Of a stretch of 64,000 nucleotides of DNA, positions 19,722 to 30,149 are shown piece by piece (position 1 is the stretch's first letter; each line of letters begins with the position of its first letter). Source of the stretch: a virus; IMG/VR virus record IMGVR_UViG_3300035660_000001, positions 64,001 through 128,000 of that record. One strand, written 5' to 3'. The notes under the pieces are model-generated. The model was given only the letters and a program-made list of their open reading frames with translations. It was not told the origin of the DNA and did not search any database. A program made the translations under genes and the position numbers.

Positions 19722-20096
19722 ATGTGGAATGGCCTCTCGTTTCCGTTCCGGAAAGCCGGAGATGGATTTCCCCCGGCCAGCCAGGGGGATAGCCACATCT
19801 GGGAGAGCATCCAGCAGATCCTCTTGACCCGGAGAGGCGAGCGGGTGATGAACCCGGAGTTCGGGTCCAACCTTCAGGATATCGTCTTTGAAAATAACGA
19901 TGACGACATGGCTGTGGCTATGGGGGTCTTTGAGATCAAACAGTCCCTTGCCCGGTGGGAGCCTCGGATCAACATCATCGACGTGCAGGGGACGTCCGAT
20001 CCTGTCACAGGCTACGTCAATTTTGTAATTGAATATGAGGTCGCCGGGAATCGCTACGGCAATAATCTTCCCGTAGAAAGGTCGGTAGTGATATGA
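19722..20096 (+). CDS. Baseplate wedge protein gp25/GPW family
   Basis: SIQQILLTRRGERVMNPEFGS..., WEPRI. Confidence 0.95.
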   Translation: MWNGLSFPFRKAGDGFPPASQGDSHIWESIQQILLTRRGERVMNPEFGSNLQDIVFENNDDDMAVAMGVFEIKQSLARWEPRINIIDVQGTSDPVTGYVNFVIEYEVAGNRYGNNLPVERSVVI

Positions 20097-21868
20097 TCAT
20101 AGACGTCAGAGAGCTTTCATCTTTTCCGGACGATCCGCAGGACTACGATATCGTTTATCTCGCCCCGTCCGGAACGACCTATGTGTTCGTTTCGGGGTCG
20201 GGTTGGGTCGAGAAGACGTTTGACGCCCGTCTGCCGAGTGAGTTTCAGATGCGGGATCCCCTTACAAGGGTTTCCTACTACGGGCGGGACTACCAGACGA
20301 TCCTCGACGAGATGCAGGCGTGGCTGAGGGTGAAGTATCAGGACACCTACCAGGACTTCCTGGACAGCGATATGGGCGTGATGCTCATGCAGTTAATAGC
20401 CTACGTCGGAGATGGCCTGGCGTGGTATCAGGACTTCAAGGCCTCGGAAGCCTTTATCGGGACGGCTTCCCTCCGCAAGAACGTGGGTCGGGGAGCGTGG
20501 AATCTCGGCTACAAGGTTGGCCGGGCGATCGCCGCCCGGGCGGCGGTAACGATCGCTCTTACGCAGACCTACACCTTCGACGTGGTCATCCCGAGCGGGA
20601 CAGCCTGTGCGGGTCCAAACGACCTGCAGTTTACTCTGAACGATGACGTAAAGTTCTATACGGGAGAGCTCGTTCTTCGCCCGGTCGAAGCGGTGAAGGC
20701 TACCGTTACCGAAGGGCAGGTCATCCGCATGGCCTTTATCTCGGACGAAAGTTCCAATCAGAAATTCCCCCTCTCCGATCACCCCGCAGAAAAGTTCGTA
20801 GCCCAGGGAACGATGCTGGTTACGGTCGACGGCGTTCACTGGATGGAGCAGGATTACTGGACGTTCGACGGGACGAATCATTGCATCGTGGACTATAATG
20901 ATTCGCCGCCGACGCTCAAGTTCGGAGATGGGGTAAGCGCCCCTATCCCTCGGGACGGGGCGCAGATTGAAGTCTCTTGGAGGGCTTGTTCCGGAGCCTT
21001 GGGAAACGCGAAGAGCGCCTCCATCACGTCTTTCAAATCGCCCGTCTACGTCAAAGGGACGGAAATCCGGGCTACTCTCAACAACGTCCTCGGGGCTTCG
21101 GGAGGCGCCGACGAGGAGGACACCCGCCACGTCAAGGTTTACGCCCCCCGGATTTTCCTTACCAAAGACCGTGCGGTCACGATCGGGGACTACGAGACCC
21201 TCGCTATGAACTACGTCGACGTAGAGGGAAGCCTTGCGAGGGCCCGGGGCGTGGTGGTCAAGCAGGTTTTGGATGATGCCTACCTGCAGGGGCTTTTGAA
21301 TTTGATCACGGATGCCGGGACAAAGGCCGCCCTCACGAACTACCTTACCGGGATCATCGCCTCGGGTCGGGACGTGAATCTTATCAAGCTCTACGTTCTG
21401 TCTCTGGATGGCAGTGGGACCTATGTCGATCCGTCGACGAACTTCATGAACCGACTGTCCGATTATCTCGAGACGAAGAAGGTCGCCACCGTCGTGGTTC
21501 AAATTGTGGCCGGATCGACGCTCCTGCGGTTGGTGAATATCACCATCCAAATCGGAGTGCTCGATAACTACAACGCCGGGGACGTGATCTCCGCCGTGAA
21601 TGCCGCAGTGCAGGAGCTTCTCAAGAACAGGAACTTCGGAATTGCTCTGCGGGCCTCGCACGTTTATGAGGCCGCTCAGGAGGTCGCCGGTGTGGACTAC
21701 GTTCGGGTTACGCTCAGTCTTCCCGTGGGATCGACCGGGGTGAAGATGGACAGCGGGGACGCCATCCCTGATCCGCAGTATATCCTGGTGGCCGGGACCG
21801 TTAGCATCACCGGGACAATTAGGCCGAGGAATACACAGCCGCCTCGGGATATCAGGGCGACTTACTAA
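20093..21868 (+). CDS. Baseplate wedge protein gp6/J-like
   Basis: YYGRDYQTI, LGY, FGDGV, GALGN, ASGGADEED, RAVTIGDY. Confidence 0.92.
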   Translation: MIIDVRELSSFPDDPQDYDIVYLAPSGTTYVFVSGSGWVEKTFDARLPSEFQMRDPLTRVSYYGRDYQTILDEMQAWLRVKYQDTYQDFLDSDMGVMLMQLIAYVGDGLAWYQDFKASEAFIGTASLRKNVGRGAWNLGYKVGRAIAARAAVTIALTQTYTFDVVIPSGTACAGPNDLQFTLNDDVKFYTGELVLRPVEAVKATVTEGQVIRMAFISDESSNQKFPLSDHPAEKFVAQGTMLVTVDGVHWMEQDYWTFDGTNHCIVDYNDSPPTLKFGDGVSAPIPRDGAQIEVSWRACSGALGNAKSASITSFKSPVYVKGTEIRATLNNVLGASGGADEEDTRHVKVYAPRIFLTKDRAVTIGDYETLAMNYVDVEGSLARARGVVVKQVLDDAYLQGLLNLITDAGTKAALTNYLTGIIASGRDVNLIKLYVLSLDGSGTYVDPSTNFMNRLSDYLETKKVATVVVQIVAGSTLLRLVNITIQIGVLDNYNAGDVISAVNAAVQELLKNRNFGIALRASHVYEAAQEVAGVDYVRVTLSLPVGSTGVKMDSGDAIPDPQYILVAGTVSITGTIRPRNTQPPRDIRATY

Positions 21869-21877
21869 GGAGGGAGA

Positions 21878-22300
21878 ATGCCGACCACTCAGAAGTGTCT
21901 TTTCGTCTATCCCCCTGAAGGAGATACCTCCTCGTATGCTACGCTAGAGAACCTCTTTCGGGCTTTCGACCAGTTCACCTACGGGAGTTACCGGAATCAT
22001 GGCCTCATTCCCATCCAGGATGGAGGGTTCGCCTACTCGAGCGGGGCCGCGACAGTCTCGTGGACGGAGGCTAAGTGGTTCAATCCCTTCAGCGGGCAGG
22101 TCTTGACTCTTGCCGCAGGAAGCATCGCCGTTGAGGATGGGCAGTGTCTCTACTTCAAAGTCTACGACACTTCCCTCGTCTTGTATGCGGGGTCCGTCGT
22201 TCCCGTCGAGAGCACGATCTACGTGCTGGGTGTTCGATGGGGGAATGCCTTCCTTGTTATTCCGGGTCGTCTGGCCGTCACAAATCTTCCGGCGCCATAA
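21878..22300 (+). CDS. Hypothetical structural protein
   Basis: GGAGGGAG RBS; beta-rich ORF in the baseplate module. Confidence 0.55.
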   Translation: MPTTQKCLFVYPPEGDTSSYATLENLFRAFDQFTYGSYRNHGLIPIQDGGFAYSSGAATVSWTEAKWFNPFSGQVLTLAAGSIAVEDGQCLYFKVYDTSLVLYAGSVVPVESTIYVLGVRWGNAFLVIPGRLAVTNLPAP

Positions 22301-22314
22301 TAGGAGGAGGAACC

Positions 22315-22887
22315 ATGTTAAACATTGCCGAGTATATCGTCCTTCATCACTCGTTCTCCCCGGATAACAATGTCACGTCCGACTGGGAGGGGATCAGAAA
22401 ATACCACAAGAGCTGGCGGTTCGATGGAAAGATCGTTACTCCGGAGATCGGGAAACAGCTCCAGGCGCAGGGGAAGCATGTCGAGGGTCCCTGGTCGGAT
22501 ATCGGCTATCACGGCGGCTTGGAGTTCGTCGACGGCAAACTCAGCTGGCGACGGGGGAGAATCTTCTGGACCGGTGGAAGCCATGCTCTTGGGTTCAACG
22601 ACCGGAGCCTGGGCTTCGTGGCGATCGGGGATTACGATCACAACCCCGTCCCGGATCCCGTGTGGCAGGGAATGCTCAAGATGGTTTTCGCCACCTGTTT
22701 CCTTTCCGGGATCCACATCTCGAACGTCCTCGGCCACAGGGAGACTTATGTGATGTTACATAAGCCCGTCGAGAAGCAATGCCCGGGGGCAAACTGGGAT
22801 ATGGACAAGTTCAGGGCCGATCTGAAGGCTATGCAACCGAACATCGAACAAATCATGGGGGTGTGTTATGGAGAAGGCGACTTATAA
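22315..22887 (+). CDS. N-acetylmuramoyl-L-alanine amidase (Amidase_2), endolysin
   Basis: IVLHHS, WSDIGYH, GSHALGFN, GHRE, KQCPG zinc-amidase motifs; AGGAGG RBS. Confidence 0.9.
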   Translation: MLNIAEYIVLHHSFSPDNNVTSDWEGIRKYHKSWRFDGKIVTPEIGKQLQAQGKHVEGPWSDIGYHGGLEFVDGKLSWRRGRIFWTGGSHALGFNDRSLGFVAIGDYDHNPVPDPVWQGMLKMVFATCFLSGIHISNVLGHRETYVMLHKPVEKQCPGANWDMDKFRADLKAMQPNIEQIMGVCYGEGDL

Positions 22888-25800
22888 AACTGGCTTTATT
22901 GAGAGCATCCAGGATGTTGTAGCTCTCATTGAGCAAGCCGAGGTAGCGAACCTCAGCGCCCTTCTCGGCGCATCCATCAAGACCTACGGCGTGGCGATCA
23001 CGTCGTATGATACTTCGGGGGCCCCCTATTCCGACCTGCAGGTGGTCGATGTCGGACCGTGGTCGTCCTACACGCTCAGGCCCGGTTACGCCCTCACCCA
23101 GAATGGGAACGTGATCTGCGTTCCCTCTGGCGGGATCCCCGGAAATTCTTATCCTGTGGTGGACGGGACGTGGATCATCGCACTGCGTTACAAGGTCTAC
23201 AATAACCCTGCCGAGGATGTAACCTACGACGAGACCTACAGCCCGGATGGCCACACCTACAATCACAACAGTTATGAGATTGTCGTGGCCGCATCGTTCG
23301 GCCCGTCCGATACCGATGTCATCCAGCTTGCCGAAGTTCATGTCACAGGTGGAGTACCTGATGCGCTGACGGATGTTCGCTATCGGAATGTTCTCGTTTT
23401 CAAGGAGGGGACGGCTCGAGGATTATTTAAGCCACCAAAGCCTCTCCATGTATCCGTTCCGGAGACTGGGCTTGACCGAGATCTTCCTCCGGACAAACTT
23501 GATCAGCCGGGAACGAACCGGAACGTGGGGCCCCATGCTTACCTTCGTGTGGTGTGGGGTGACAAGGGCGTTGGAAACTGGTCTGGAAATACGTTCACGG
23601 TTACCACGAGCCGATGCGGAAGCTATAACTCTAACGAGTGGGCGGCCTCTGGACAGGCCGATGCTTGGTATCTCTACGACATATCCGCAAAAACCTACTT
23701 CAAAATCATTTCCAACGGTGCATCGGCGGTGACCGTCGAAGGGACTGGCGGGACCGGGTCGGGACCCTTTCTGATTTTGCCGAAGGACTGCCAGATGAAG
23801 GTCTACGTCACTCCCTACACACGTCTTGGAGTGGTTACGGTTGACGAGCTTACAGAGGTTTTTGAAAACCCGTCCTTCGTTTCGGTTCCTTCCCCGGAGA
23901 TGCCTGTCAACGGTTACCCCCCGTCGCAGACGGTTATCGTTGCCAACGAGCGTTATATTCGGGGGCTTTTGACCGGAACCAAGTATCGGGTCTACGTCAT
24001 CGCCACGAAGTTCAACGTCTCGAGCGATATTTCAACCGTCGTTGACAAGACCACGGCCAGCGACGGCCCCCCTCTCCCGAAGGGTCTTGTCATCACGACC
24101 GGGATCGACGAGGACCAGAAACAGCCGGAAATCGAATTTCCGATGTGCTCCCAGTCTAGGCAGATCCCGAAGACGGCCTGGATTAAGCTCAAGTGGGGAG
24201 ATACCGGAAGCGGTTCGTGGGCTCTCAATGTTTTAACAGATGTGGGAAAGTCGTGGCTGTCGGGCTACTGGATTGGTCAGCTGATAACCGATTCCATCGG
24301 GAAAAGACAATCTTTAGTCGACAGTGGAGTTTCCACCCTAGTTGTCCCGTCTGGATCAACGGGAGCGGATGGGTCTTATGCCGTGGGTCCCGGGGCCCTC
24401 GGCTATGAGGTTCAGCTCCAACCTATGAGTTCGGGGGGCGTTTCCGGGGTGGACGAAGAGGAAGAGCTCTTCCGGATAGATCCGGCTGGCGATCCTGCGG
24501 ATGCGGCCAAGTGGACGCCGATGTATTATACCAAGCACGGGCTGACCGTAGGAGTTAAGTACCGAGCTCGTGTCCGATCATCCAATGGGCCTTCCCCGGC
24601 ACAGAAGAGCGCCTGGTCTTCGTGGTTTCCTATCATCGCCGGAGCCAGAACTAGACTGCCCGCCCCAACAGGCGGCTACATGATCAAGAGGGTTGGAGGC
24701 GTAGACCTGAGCTGGAACGGCGTGGTGAATGCGAAGGGCTACGAGATAGCGTGGACGAAGGACGGGTCAACGCCGGATTACAACTCGGCCAACTCGTTCA
24801 TCCTGCATACGATCGGCACGAGGGTTTGGTTGGGGGCCGATCTCGCACAGATCTCTGGGGTGTCGCCCATCCCGCCAACGTTCAAGGCGATAATCAGGGC
24901 TTTCGATACCGGAGGGCAGGCCGGGGACGCAACAGCCGTCATTACCCTGCAGGCCGATCCCCTCACGATGGATCACGTTGCCGATGGTGCGATTTATACG
25001 AAGCTGAAGGCTGAGGTGGTCGCATCACTTGAGACAACGCAGGTGGCGGCCGCTGAGGTTGTGAGCGCCCGGGGGACGTTCTCCTCGATCGGGGAACGCC
25101 TGTCTGCCGCCGCCGCTCAGGGCGGGTTTGCCCCGGGGTTTACGAGGATCGTGGCGAAGGAAGGAGCCCAGTTCTCCGACCCGCAAGCGGCGATCAACGA
25201 CATCAAGTCTGCCGGGATCCCAGCCTCTAGGGATAACCCCTATGTCGTCATCGTGTATCCCGGCATCTACCAGACCAACCTTCTTCTCGAGAACCTCGAT
25301 GGAATTTACGTCGTGGGTCTCGATCCCAAGACGACGGTCATTAAGGGGGACATCACCGTTCTCCGGACCGCCTGTCTGCCATCCGGCCAGGTCTACACGC
25401 CGGAGGTCGGCCTCATGAACCTGCAAGTCTACAACATCAACTCGTCTTATGGACTCGACTACGAGGTAAGCTACCAGGAGGGGTCGATCTACCCAACGAA
25501 GCAGAGCCTGTATATCCGGAACGTCGACGTCTACCAGACGGATTCCGTCTACGAAGCCATGCTGGTCTACTGCTCGGGCGGGACGGCTGGCATACCGGAA
25601 ATTCTCGCGGACATCGATGCCGGGTATCTGAGGCTGTATCCCTACAACAACAACCCCCTGCGGATCATCTACTTCCCGGACGCCACGGCTCCCAACAAGT
25701 TCTGGTGGTATAACTGCGAGTTCGATCCGGTGCTTCTCTCGGATACCGGGTCCTGGGACGGGATCGTGTGGGACGCCCTCACGGACATCGATCTTGGAGC

Positions 25801-26029
25801 GAATGCCTACGAGAAACAATGGTTCTACCGGAGTAAGATTCGGTGCTATCCCCCGGGGGCTTACGGGCCGTCCTACCCATTCAGGAATCTGGGGGCCGCC
25901 ACGCAGTGGGTGAGGGTAACTCAGTGTGTGTTCGAGAAGACCAATTACTACGATGGGCTCTTCGCCTTTAGCGGAGGATCAACCATTATCACGCTTCCGG
26001 GAAGCGTTGCCCTTACGATGGCCACATGA
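22868..26029 (+). CDS. Large tail/baseplate fibre protein with fibronectin-III-like repeats and a C-terminal beta-helix-like region
   Basis: GLLTGTKYRVYV and GLTVGVKYRARV FN3-like strands; IVAKEGAQFSDPQAAIN...VYPGIY pectin-lyase-like start. Confidence 0.65.
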   Translation: MEKATYKTGFIESIQDVVALIEQAEVANLSALLGASIKTYGVAITSYDTSGAPYSDLQVVDVGPWSSYTLRPGYALTQNGNVICVPSGGIPGNSYPVVDGTWIIALRYKVYNNPAEDVTYDETYSPDGHTYNHNSYEIVVAASFGPSDTDVIQLAEVHVTGGVPDALTDVRYRNVLVFKEGTARGLFKPPKPLHVSVPETGLDRDLPPDKLDQPGTNRNVGPHAYLRVVWGDKGVGNWSGNTFTVTTSRCGSYNSNEWAASGQADAWYLYDISAKTYFKIISNGASAVTVEGTGGTGSGPFLILPKDCQMKVYVTPYTRLGVVTVDELTEVFENPSFVSVPSPEMPVNGYPPSQTVIVANERYIRGLLTGTKYRVYVIATKFNVSSDISTVVDKTTASDGPPLPKGLVITTGIDEDQKQPEIEFPMCSQSRQIPKTAWIKLKWGDTGSGSWALNVLTDVGKSWLSGYWIGQLITDSIGKRQSLVDSGVSTLVVPSGSTGADGSYAVGPGALGYEVQLQPMSSGGVSGVDEEEELFRIDPAGDPADAAKWTPMYYTKHGLTVGVKYRARVRSSNGPSPAQKSAWSSWFPIIAGARTRLPAPTGGYMIKRVGGVDLSWNGVVNAKGYEIAWTKDGSTPDYNSANSFILHTIGTRVWLGADLAQISGVSPIPPTFKAIIRAFDTGGQAGDATAVITLQADPLTMDHVADGAIYTKLKAEVVASLETTQVAAAEVVSARGTFSSIGERLSAAAAQGGFAPGFTRIVAKEGAQFSDPQAAINDIKSAGIPASRDNPYVVIVYPGIYQTNLLLENLDGIYVVGLDPKTTVIKGDITVLRTACLPSGQVYTPEVGLMNLQVYNINSSYGLDYEVSYQEGSIYPTKQSLYIRNVDVYQTDSVYEAMLVYCSGGTAGIPEILADIDAGYLRLYPYNNNPLRIIYFPDATAPNKFWWYNCEFDPVLLSDTGSWDGIVWDALTDIDLGANAYEKQWFYRSKIRCYPPGAYGPSYPFRNLGAATQWVRVTQCVFEKTNYYDGLFAFSGGSTIITLPGSVALTMAT

Positions 26030-26625
26030 TAGACCTGAAGAACTTTAAGCTGACATCGAATCATGCCGTTATCGCCCTGGTCTTGACGATAATCGTCCTG
26101 TTGCTTGCAAGGGGAGGCAACGGCCCGCAGGTCGTGACCGTCGGTCCGGATTCGACATCGGCGGGGAAGATCGACAGCCTCACTAAGACCATCCAGATTT
26201 TAAGCGATAGGGTAATCGCCCTTTCGAACAATGGGACACAGGTGATCATCCAGAAGCCGCCCGAGGCGCACGTTACGATCATCCCCGGGAAGCCGGAGAC
26301 GACTTGGGTCTACAATTCGACCACCAAGGGGACGACTATGGTGGTCATCCAGAAGCCCCCGGACATCCAGATTCAACAGAGGGGATGGTGTCTTATCCCG
26401 GAGGTCTATGGAGGTTTCGACACGAGGGCAAAGTACCGGATCGGTGGGCGTCTTAAGTTCATGTTCAACCGGAAGTGGAACTGGGGAGTGGTCGGGACTC
26501 AGAGTTATTCCGGAATTGCCCCGGCCTACCACTTGACTCCCAACGTTGAAGCTACTTTTGGTGTTGGCTGGCTCTACAAGGGGCCGCCATGCGCCTTTGG
26601 CGGGGTTTCTATTCCACTACGATAG
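26026..26625 (+). CDS. Membrane-anchored protein, possible spanin-like lysis accessory
   Basis: N-terminal TM helix, short coiled-coil, C-terminal amphipathic beta strands; adjacent to the holin-like gene. Confidence 0.4.
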   Translation: MIDLKNFKLTSNHAVIALVLTIIVLLLARGGNGPQVVTVGPDSTSAGKIDSLTKTIQILSDRVIALSNNGTQVIIQKPPEAHVTIIPGKPETTWVYNSTTKGTTMVVIQKPPDIQIQQRGWCLIPEVYGGFDTRAKYRIGGRLKFMFNRKWNWGVVGTQSYSGIAPAYHLTPNVEATFGVGWLYKGPPCAFGGVSIPLR

Positions 26626-26638
26626 GAGGTGAGAGAGA

Positions 26639-26947
26639 ATGAACGGATGGGATGCACAGCTGTTGCTGATCACGGGGGTTTGCTTAGGGGTTCTTCCGAT
26701 CCTGAAGAACCTTCCCTACATCGGAAAGTTTATCACCGGCCAGGTGGCCGTGATAGCCGATGTCGTTGTGGGGGTCGGGGCCGCCGCAGTCAGAGCCTAT
26801 TACTTCATGGACCCGTTCTACGGGGTGCCGCCGAAGATGTGGCTCATCGTGGCGGTCGGTTTGATCGGCGGGTTCCTGGCGTCCGGAGGTTACAAGACGA
26901 TCAGTGATCTGTTGGCGAAGGCAAACTCGAACAACGGCAAGAAGTAA
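26639..26947 (+). CDS. Holin-like protein (3 predicted TM helices)
   Basis: 102 aa, three hydrophobic segments, ASGGY motif and a basic C-terminus. Confidence 0.6.
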   Translation: MNGWDAQLLLITGVCLGVLPILKNLPYIGKFITGQVAVIADVVVGVGAAAVRAYYFMDPFYGVPPKMWLIVAVGLIGGFLASGGYKTISDLLAKANSNNGKK

Positions 26948-26972
26948 CTTTCACTAGGAGGAGATCAGGTCG

Positions 26973-27743
26973 ATGCCTGGGTTTGGTCAGGATAGATTTG
27001 GGGAGGACCCGTTCGGTCGGGCGGCCTTTGGCTTTCCGGCCCTGTGGGGCGGAGTACCCGGAATCTATAGGGACAAAGACGACGATCGGGGAGGTGTTCT
27101 CAAGGACTTTTTCGATGTAGCCGCAACCCCCCTCGAGCGTCTCAAGGTGGCCGCCGATGGTTTCATGAGCCTTCGCGACCCCATGTCTGTCCGACCTGAT
27201 CTCCTCCACTACTTAGCCGAGATGTTCGCCATCGACGTAGACGTCCGCTGGTCAGACGATTTTCTCCGGGCGTTTCTGGACTCCTACGGCTACTGGACTC
27301 TCCGCAAGGGAGAGATATGGTGCTACGACTTCGTTCTGCGGATGACCGGGATGGACATCACAGTCAAAGACCTTTACGAGATTCAGGTCCAGCGGGGCGA
27401 TCCGGCGTCCTACTACCTTCTGCGGGCGGGCTACGAGGCGGTGGCCGGAGTGAATGAGGGGTTCGATGAGTGGATCATCTACTTTGCGGGATCTGGAAAC
27501 TGGGTTCCGAAAGAGGAGATTCCCATCGACCGTGAAGGCGTTCCCTTAAGCAAGGTTCAGGTCAACATTACGGAGAGCAATTCTCGGAAGAGAGCAGAGT
27601 GGAGTGCGGGAGATTTCAAGATGCTGAGACGTTTGGTCGGATGGATTCATCCTGCCCACGTATCGATCCCCCGGGTCCGGGTAACCTACGAGATTAACGA
27701 CCGTCTTTCGGCGTCCGATACCGTCAGCGCAATTCCATCATAA
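26973..27743 (+). CDS. Baseplate/tail protein (P2 gpI/gp7-like)
   Basis: P.IYR..D, DP....PDLL.YLA..F, RKG, HPAH pattern. Confidence 0.7.
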   Translation: MPGFGQDRFGEDPFGRAAFGFPALWGGVPGIYRDKDDDRGGVLKDFFDVAATPLERLKVAADGFMSLRDPMSVRPDLLHYLAEMFAIDVDVRWSDDFLRAFLDSYGYWTLRKGEIWCYDFVLRMTGMDITVKDLYEIQVQRGDPASYYLLRAGYEAVAGVNEGFDEWIIYFAGSGNWVPKEEIPIDREGVPLSKVQVNITESNSRKRAEWSAGDFKMLRRLVGWIHPAHVSIPRVRVTYEINDRLSASDTVSAIPS

Positions 27744-27755
27744 GGAGAAGGCATC

Positions 27756-28241
27756 ATGGAAGATTATTTGAATATGCGGGGGACTGTGGAGGTCGTTGCC
27801 CGGGAGAGTAACGGCGATGAAGTGTGGCGACGTATCTTTGAGAATACGATCGTGGACGTGCTCCGGACGCTCGTCCGCAGGCGTCTCGGGGACGGAACCC
27901 TCGGGGTGTTGCCTGTGATCAAGTATATCCGGTTTGGAAGCGATACCAGCGGCTTGGGGGTTGGCAATGTTGCTCTCGCCGGAGACTACGGGGTGAACCG
28001 GGCCGTGAACGCGCCGACGTATCCGAGCGGGACGCAGATTCAGCTTACTTACACCATCCCTCTCGTGGACGTTCTGAACGGAAAGTCTATCGGAGAGGCC
28101 GGGCTCTTCAGCGATACCGTCGTTGCGGATCCCGACTTTGGGTTGTCGGGGCAGAGATTGTTTGCCCGCGCCGTGTTCGTTCCTCCTCCCGCCAAGTCGG
28201 GGGCCATCACGCTCGAATACATCTGGACTCTCACGCTATAG
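27756..28241 (+). CDS. Tail-collar/fibre-attachment protein
   Basis: NTIVD, IGEAGLF, LFARAVF...K....L.YIWTL. Confidence 0.7.
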   Translation: MEDYLNMRGTVEVVARESNGDEVWRRIFENTIVDVLRTLVRRRLGDGTLGVLPVIKYIRFGSDTSGLGVGNVALAGDYGVNRAVNAPTYPSGTQIQLTYTIPLVDVLNGKSIGEAGLFSDTVVADPDFGLSGQRLFARAVFVPPPAKSGAITLEYIWTLTL

Positions 28242-28250
28242 GAGATCACT

Positions 28251-30149
28251 ATGTCTGATAAATCGGTTCTCGAGAAGGGGAGTTTAGACTTCTTCGATTC
28301 TGCTCTTATGGCTCTCTACTGGATGATGAACGGGGAGCCTCTTGTGGCGTGGGACGGCACTGTGGAGGGGGTCGAAGCAGACGTCTTGAATCGGGTCGGG
28401 CGCCATATCAGCGACAATTCCCGCTGGCTCCGGCAGAGGCTGTTGTCGGAGATGCAGGTCAAGGTTTTCCCGCACTACTCGAAGTGCGTTAAGACCGATG
28501 CAAATGGATCGTATAATATCTCCATGAAGTGGTCGTCTGTTCGGATCAACGCTCAAGACCTGAGAGCAGAATATGGATTTGGAGAGGCGATCGCCATCAA
28601 CGGCAAGATCTGCCGGATCGAACATATCTGGGGGACGGGGTCTTACAATCCTCTTCCCGTCGATGGTCATCCCACGACGCTGTGGGTGAGTGGTTACGAG
28701 GCCATAATCCCCTCGGGATCCAGGGTCGAGTCCGGCCCGATCGTAGAGAGCGCGATGGTCTATATCCCTCCGTTCACCATTCCTTCGGGGTCATTGATCA
28801 GCGGGTCGCCGTGCTACCCGTCTCAAGACCTGAACTTGGGCGGGTTCTGGATGGACGCCTTCGAAGCAAGCATGCCGAATGCTTCTCTGTGGAGTTCTCC
28901 TGCCCTGTCCAACATCGCCGTTCCCGCCTCACAGCAGGGTGTCCCGCCGTGGTGCAATGTCAGTTACGATGCCGCCCTGCAAACTGCCGCAAGAAGAAAC
29001 ATCAACGGGCGGTTCGGCCACCTCATGAACGGCTACGAGTGGGCGACGATCCTGTGGCTCAATCTTATCTTTGGGGCCGACCAGAAGGGGTCGAATTACT
29101 ACGGCAGGGATTTTGGGGATGCGGCCGTGCCGGACAGTTACGGGATCCCCGACCCGACCTACGGGTCGAATCTCGGCCTCGAGTTCTCCGGGGGGAGTTA
29201 CCGGATGAACCGGCTTCTTACCGGGTCCGGCCCGAACAGGTGGATGCACAACAACCGGATCCCGGGAGTCTCCGACTTCTTCGGAAATGTGCGGGAGCTT
29301 CTCGATCTCACGATTAGCTCTTCCCTTCTGACGGTCTATCGTCACGGTCGGTTCGTCGCTCCGGCATCCGCAGGAGGCACGGCGGTTTCGGTGCGGATCG
29401 ATTACATCGACGGCCTGCAGGATACTGGGAGCATCACCCTCACGAATGCCGCTGGAGCCACGGAGAACGTTGCCTTCTCCGACACCGAGAACCTGGGGAG
29501 CAAGGTCTTCCGGTTTACGACTCCTCCCCTGACCCTGAACTATGCCGCAGGAGACTTCGCGCTCATTGCCGAGACCTTCCTGTGCATGCCAAGCGGATCC
29601 CGGGGGCTTCTCTACCAGGACGACATGCACGAGCCCGTCGACGGGGACGTCATCCGGGTGAATAACGTCATCTCGAATAGGCCAGCCGGGCAGGAGTTCC
29701 TCACGGGAGATATCCTGCAGATCGGAAACGAAGAGATGCTGGTGACTGCGCCATCCGGAACGGGAGGCGGAACTTGGTTGCTCTACGTCGAGCGAGCCTA
29801 CAACGGGACGACCGGAACTACTCATGCGATCGGTACGCCCGTCGTGGCCATCTGTCCGCAAATGACCAACCATCCGCTCACGAGCCCTCCCTATGTCGGC
29901 GGGACGATCGCATCCTTCATGACCGACGTTTTCCTTCAGGGGCTTCTCATCCCGACTATGGCCTCATCCACGGAGAAGGATATCTTTATCGCCCCGGCAG
30001 GATCCCGTGTGGCCATCCGGGGGATCAAGTGGAGCGACGGCGCCGGGCGATCGCCCTACTACCTGTCGTTTACAAAGGGGTTCGCCGATGCCCCGGGTCT
30101 GGATGTCGGCTTCCGGGTCTGCATTGACGAGGTGATGCCTAATGCCTGA
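28251..30149 (+). CDS. Mtd-like / FGE-type C-type-lectin-fold receptor-binding protein with inserted domains
   Basis: FWMDAFEAS, PW.NVS, HLMN.YEW, LTGSGP..W.HN, D..GNV.E, RG..W...G and terminal GFRVC. Confidence 0.7.
   Translation: MSDKSVLEKGSLDFFDSALMALYWMMNGEPLVAWDGTVEGVEADVLNRVGRHISDNSRWLRQRLLSEMQVKVFPHYSKCVKTDANGSYNISMKWSSVRINAQDLRAEYGFGEAIAINGKICRIEHIWGTGSYNPLPVDGHPTTLWVSGYEAIIPSGSRVESGPIVESAMVYIPPFTIPSGSLISGSPCYPSQDLNLGGFWMDAFEASMPNASLWSSPALSNIAVPASQQGVPPWCNVSYDAALQTAARRNINGRFGHLMNGYEWATILWLNLIFGADQKGSNYYGRDFGDAAVPDSYGIPDPTYGSNLGLEFSGGSYRMNRLLTGSGPNRWMHNNRIPGVSDFFGNVRELLDLTISSSLLTVYRHGRFVAPASAGGTAVSVRIDYIDGLQDTGSITLTNAAGATENVAFSDTENLGSKVFRFTTPPLTLNYAAGDFALIAETFLCMPSGSRGLLYQDDMHEPVDGDVIRVNNVISNRPAGQEFLTGDILQIGNEEMLVTAPSGTGGGTWLLYVERAYNGTTGTTHAIGTPVVAICPQMTNHPLTSPPYVGGTIASFMTDVFLQGLLIPTMASSTEKDIFIAPAGSRVAIRGIKWSDGAGRSPYYLSFTKGFADAPGLDVGFRVCIDEVMPNA

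Noticed and set aside
28251-30149. Complete diversity-generating retroelement
   Set aside because: No reverse transcriptase or template repeat seen in the window.
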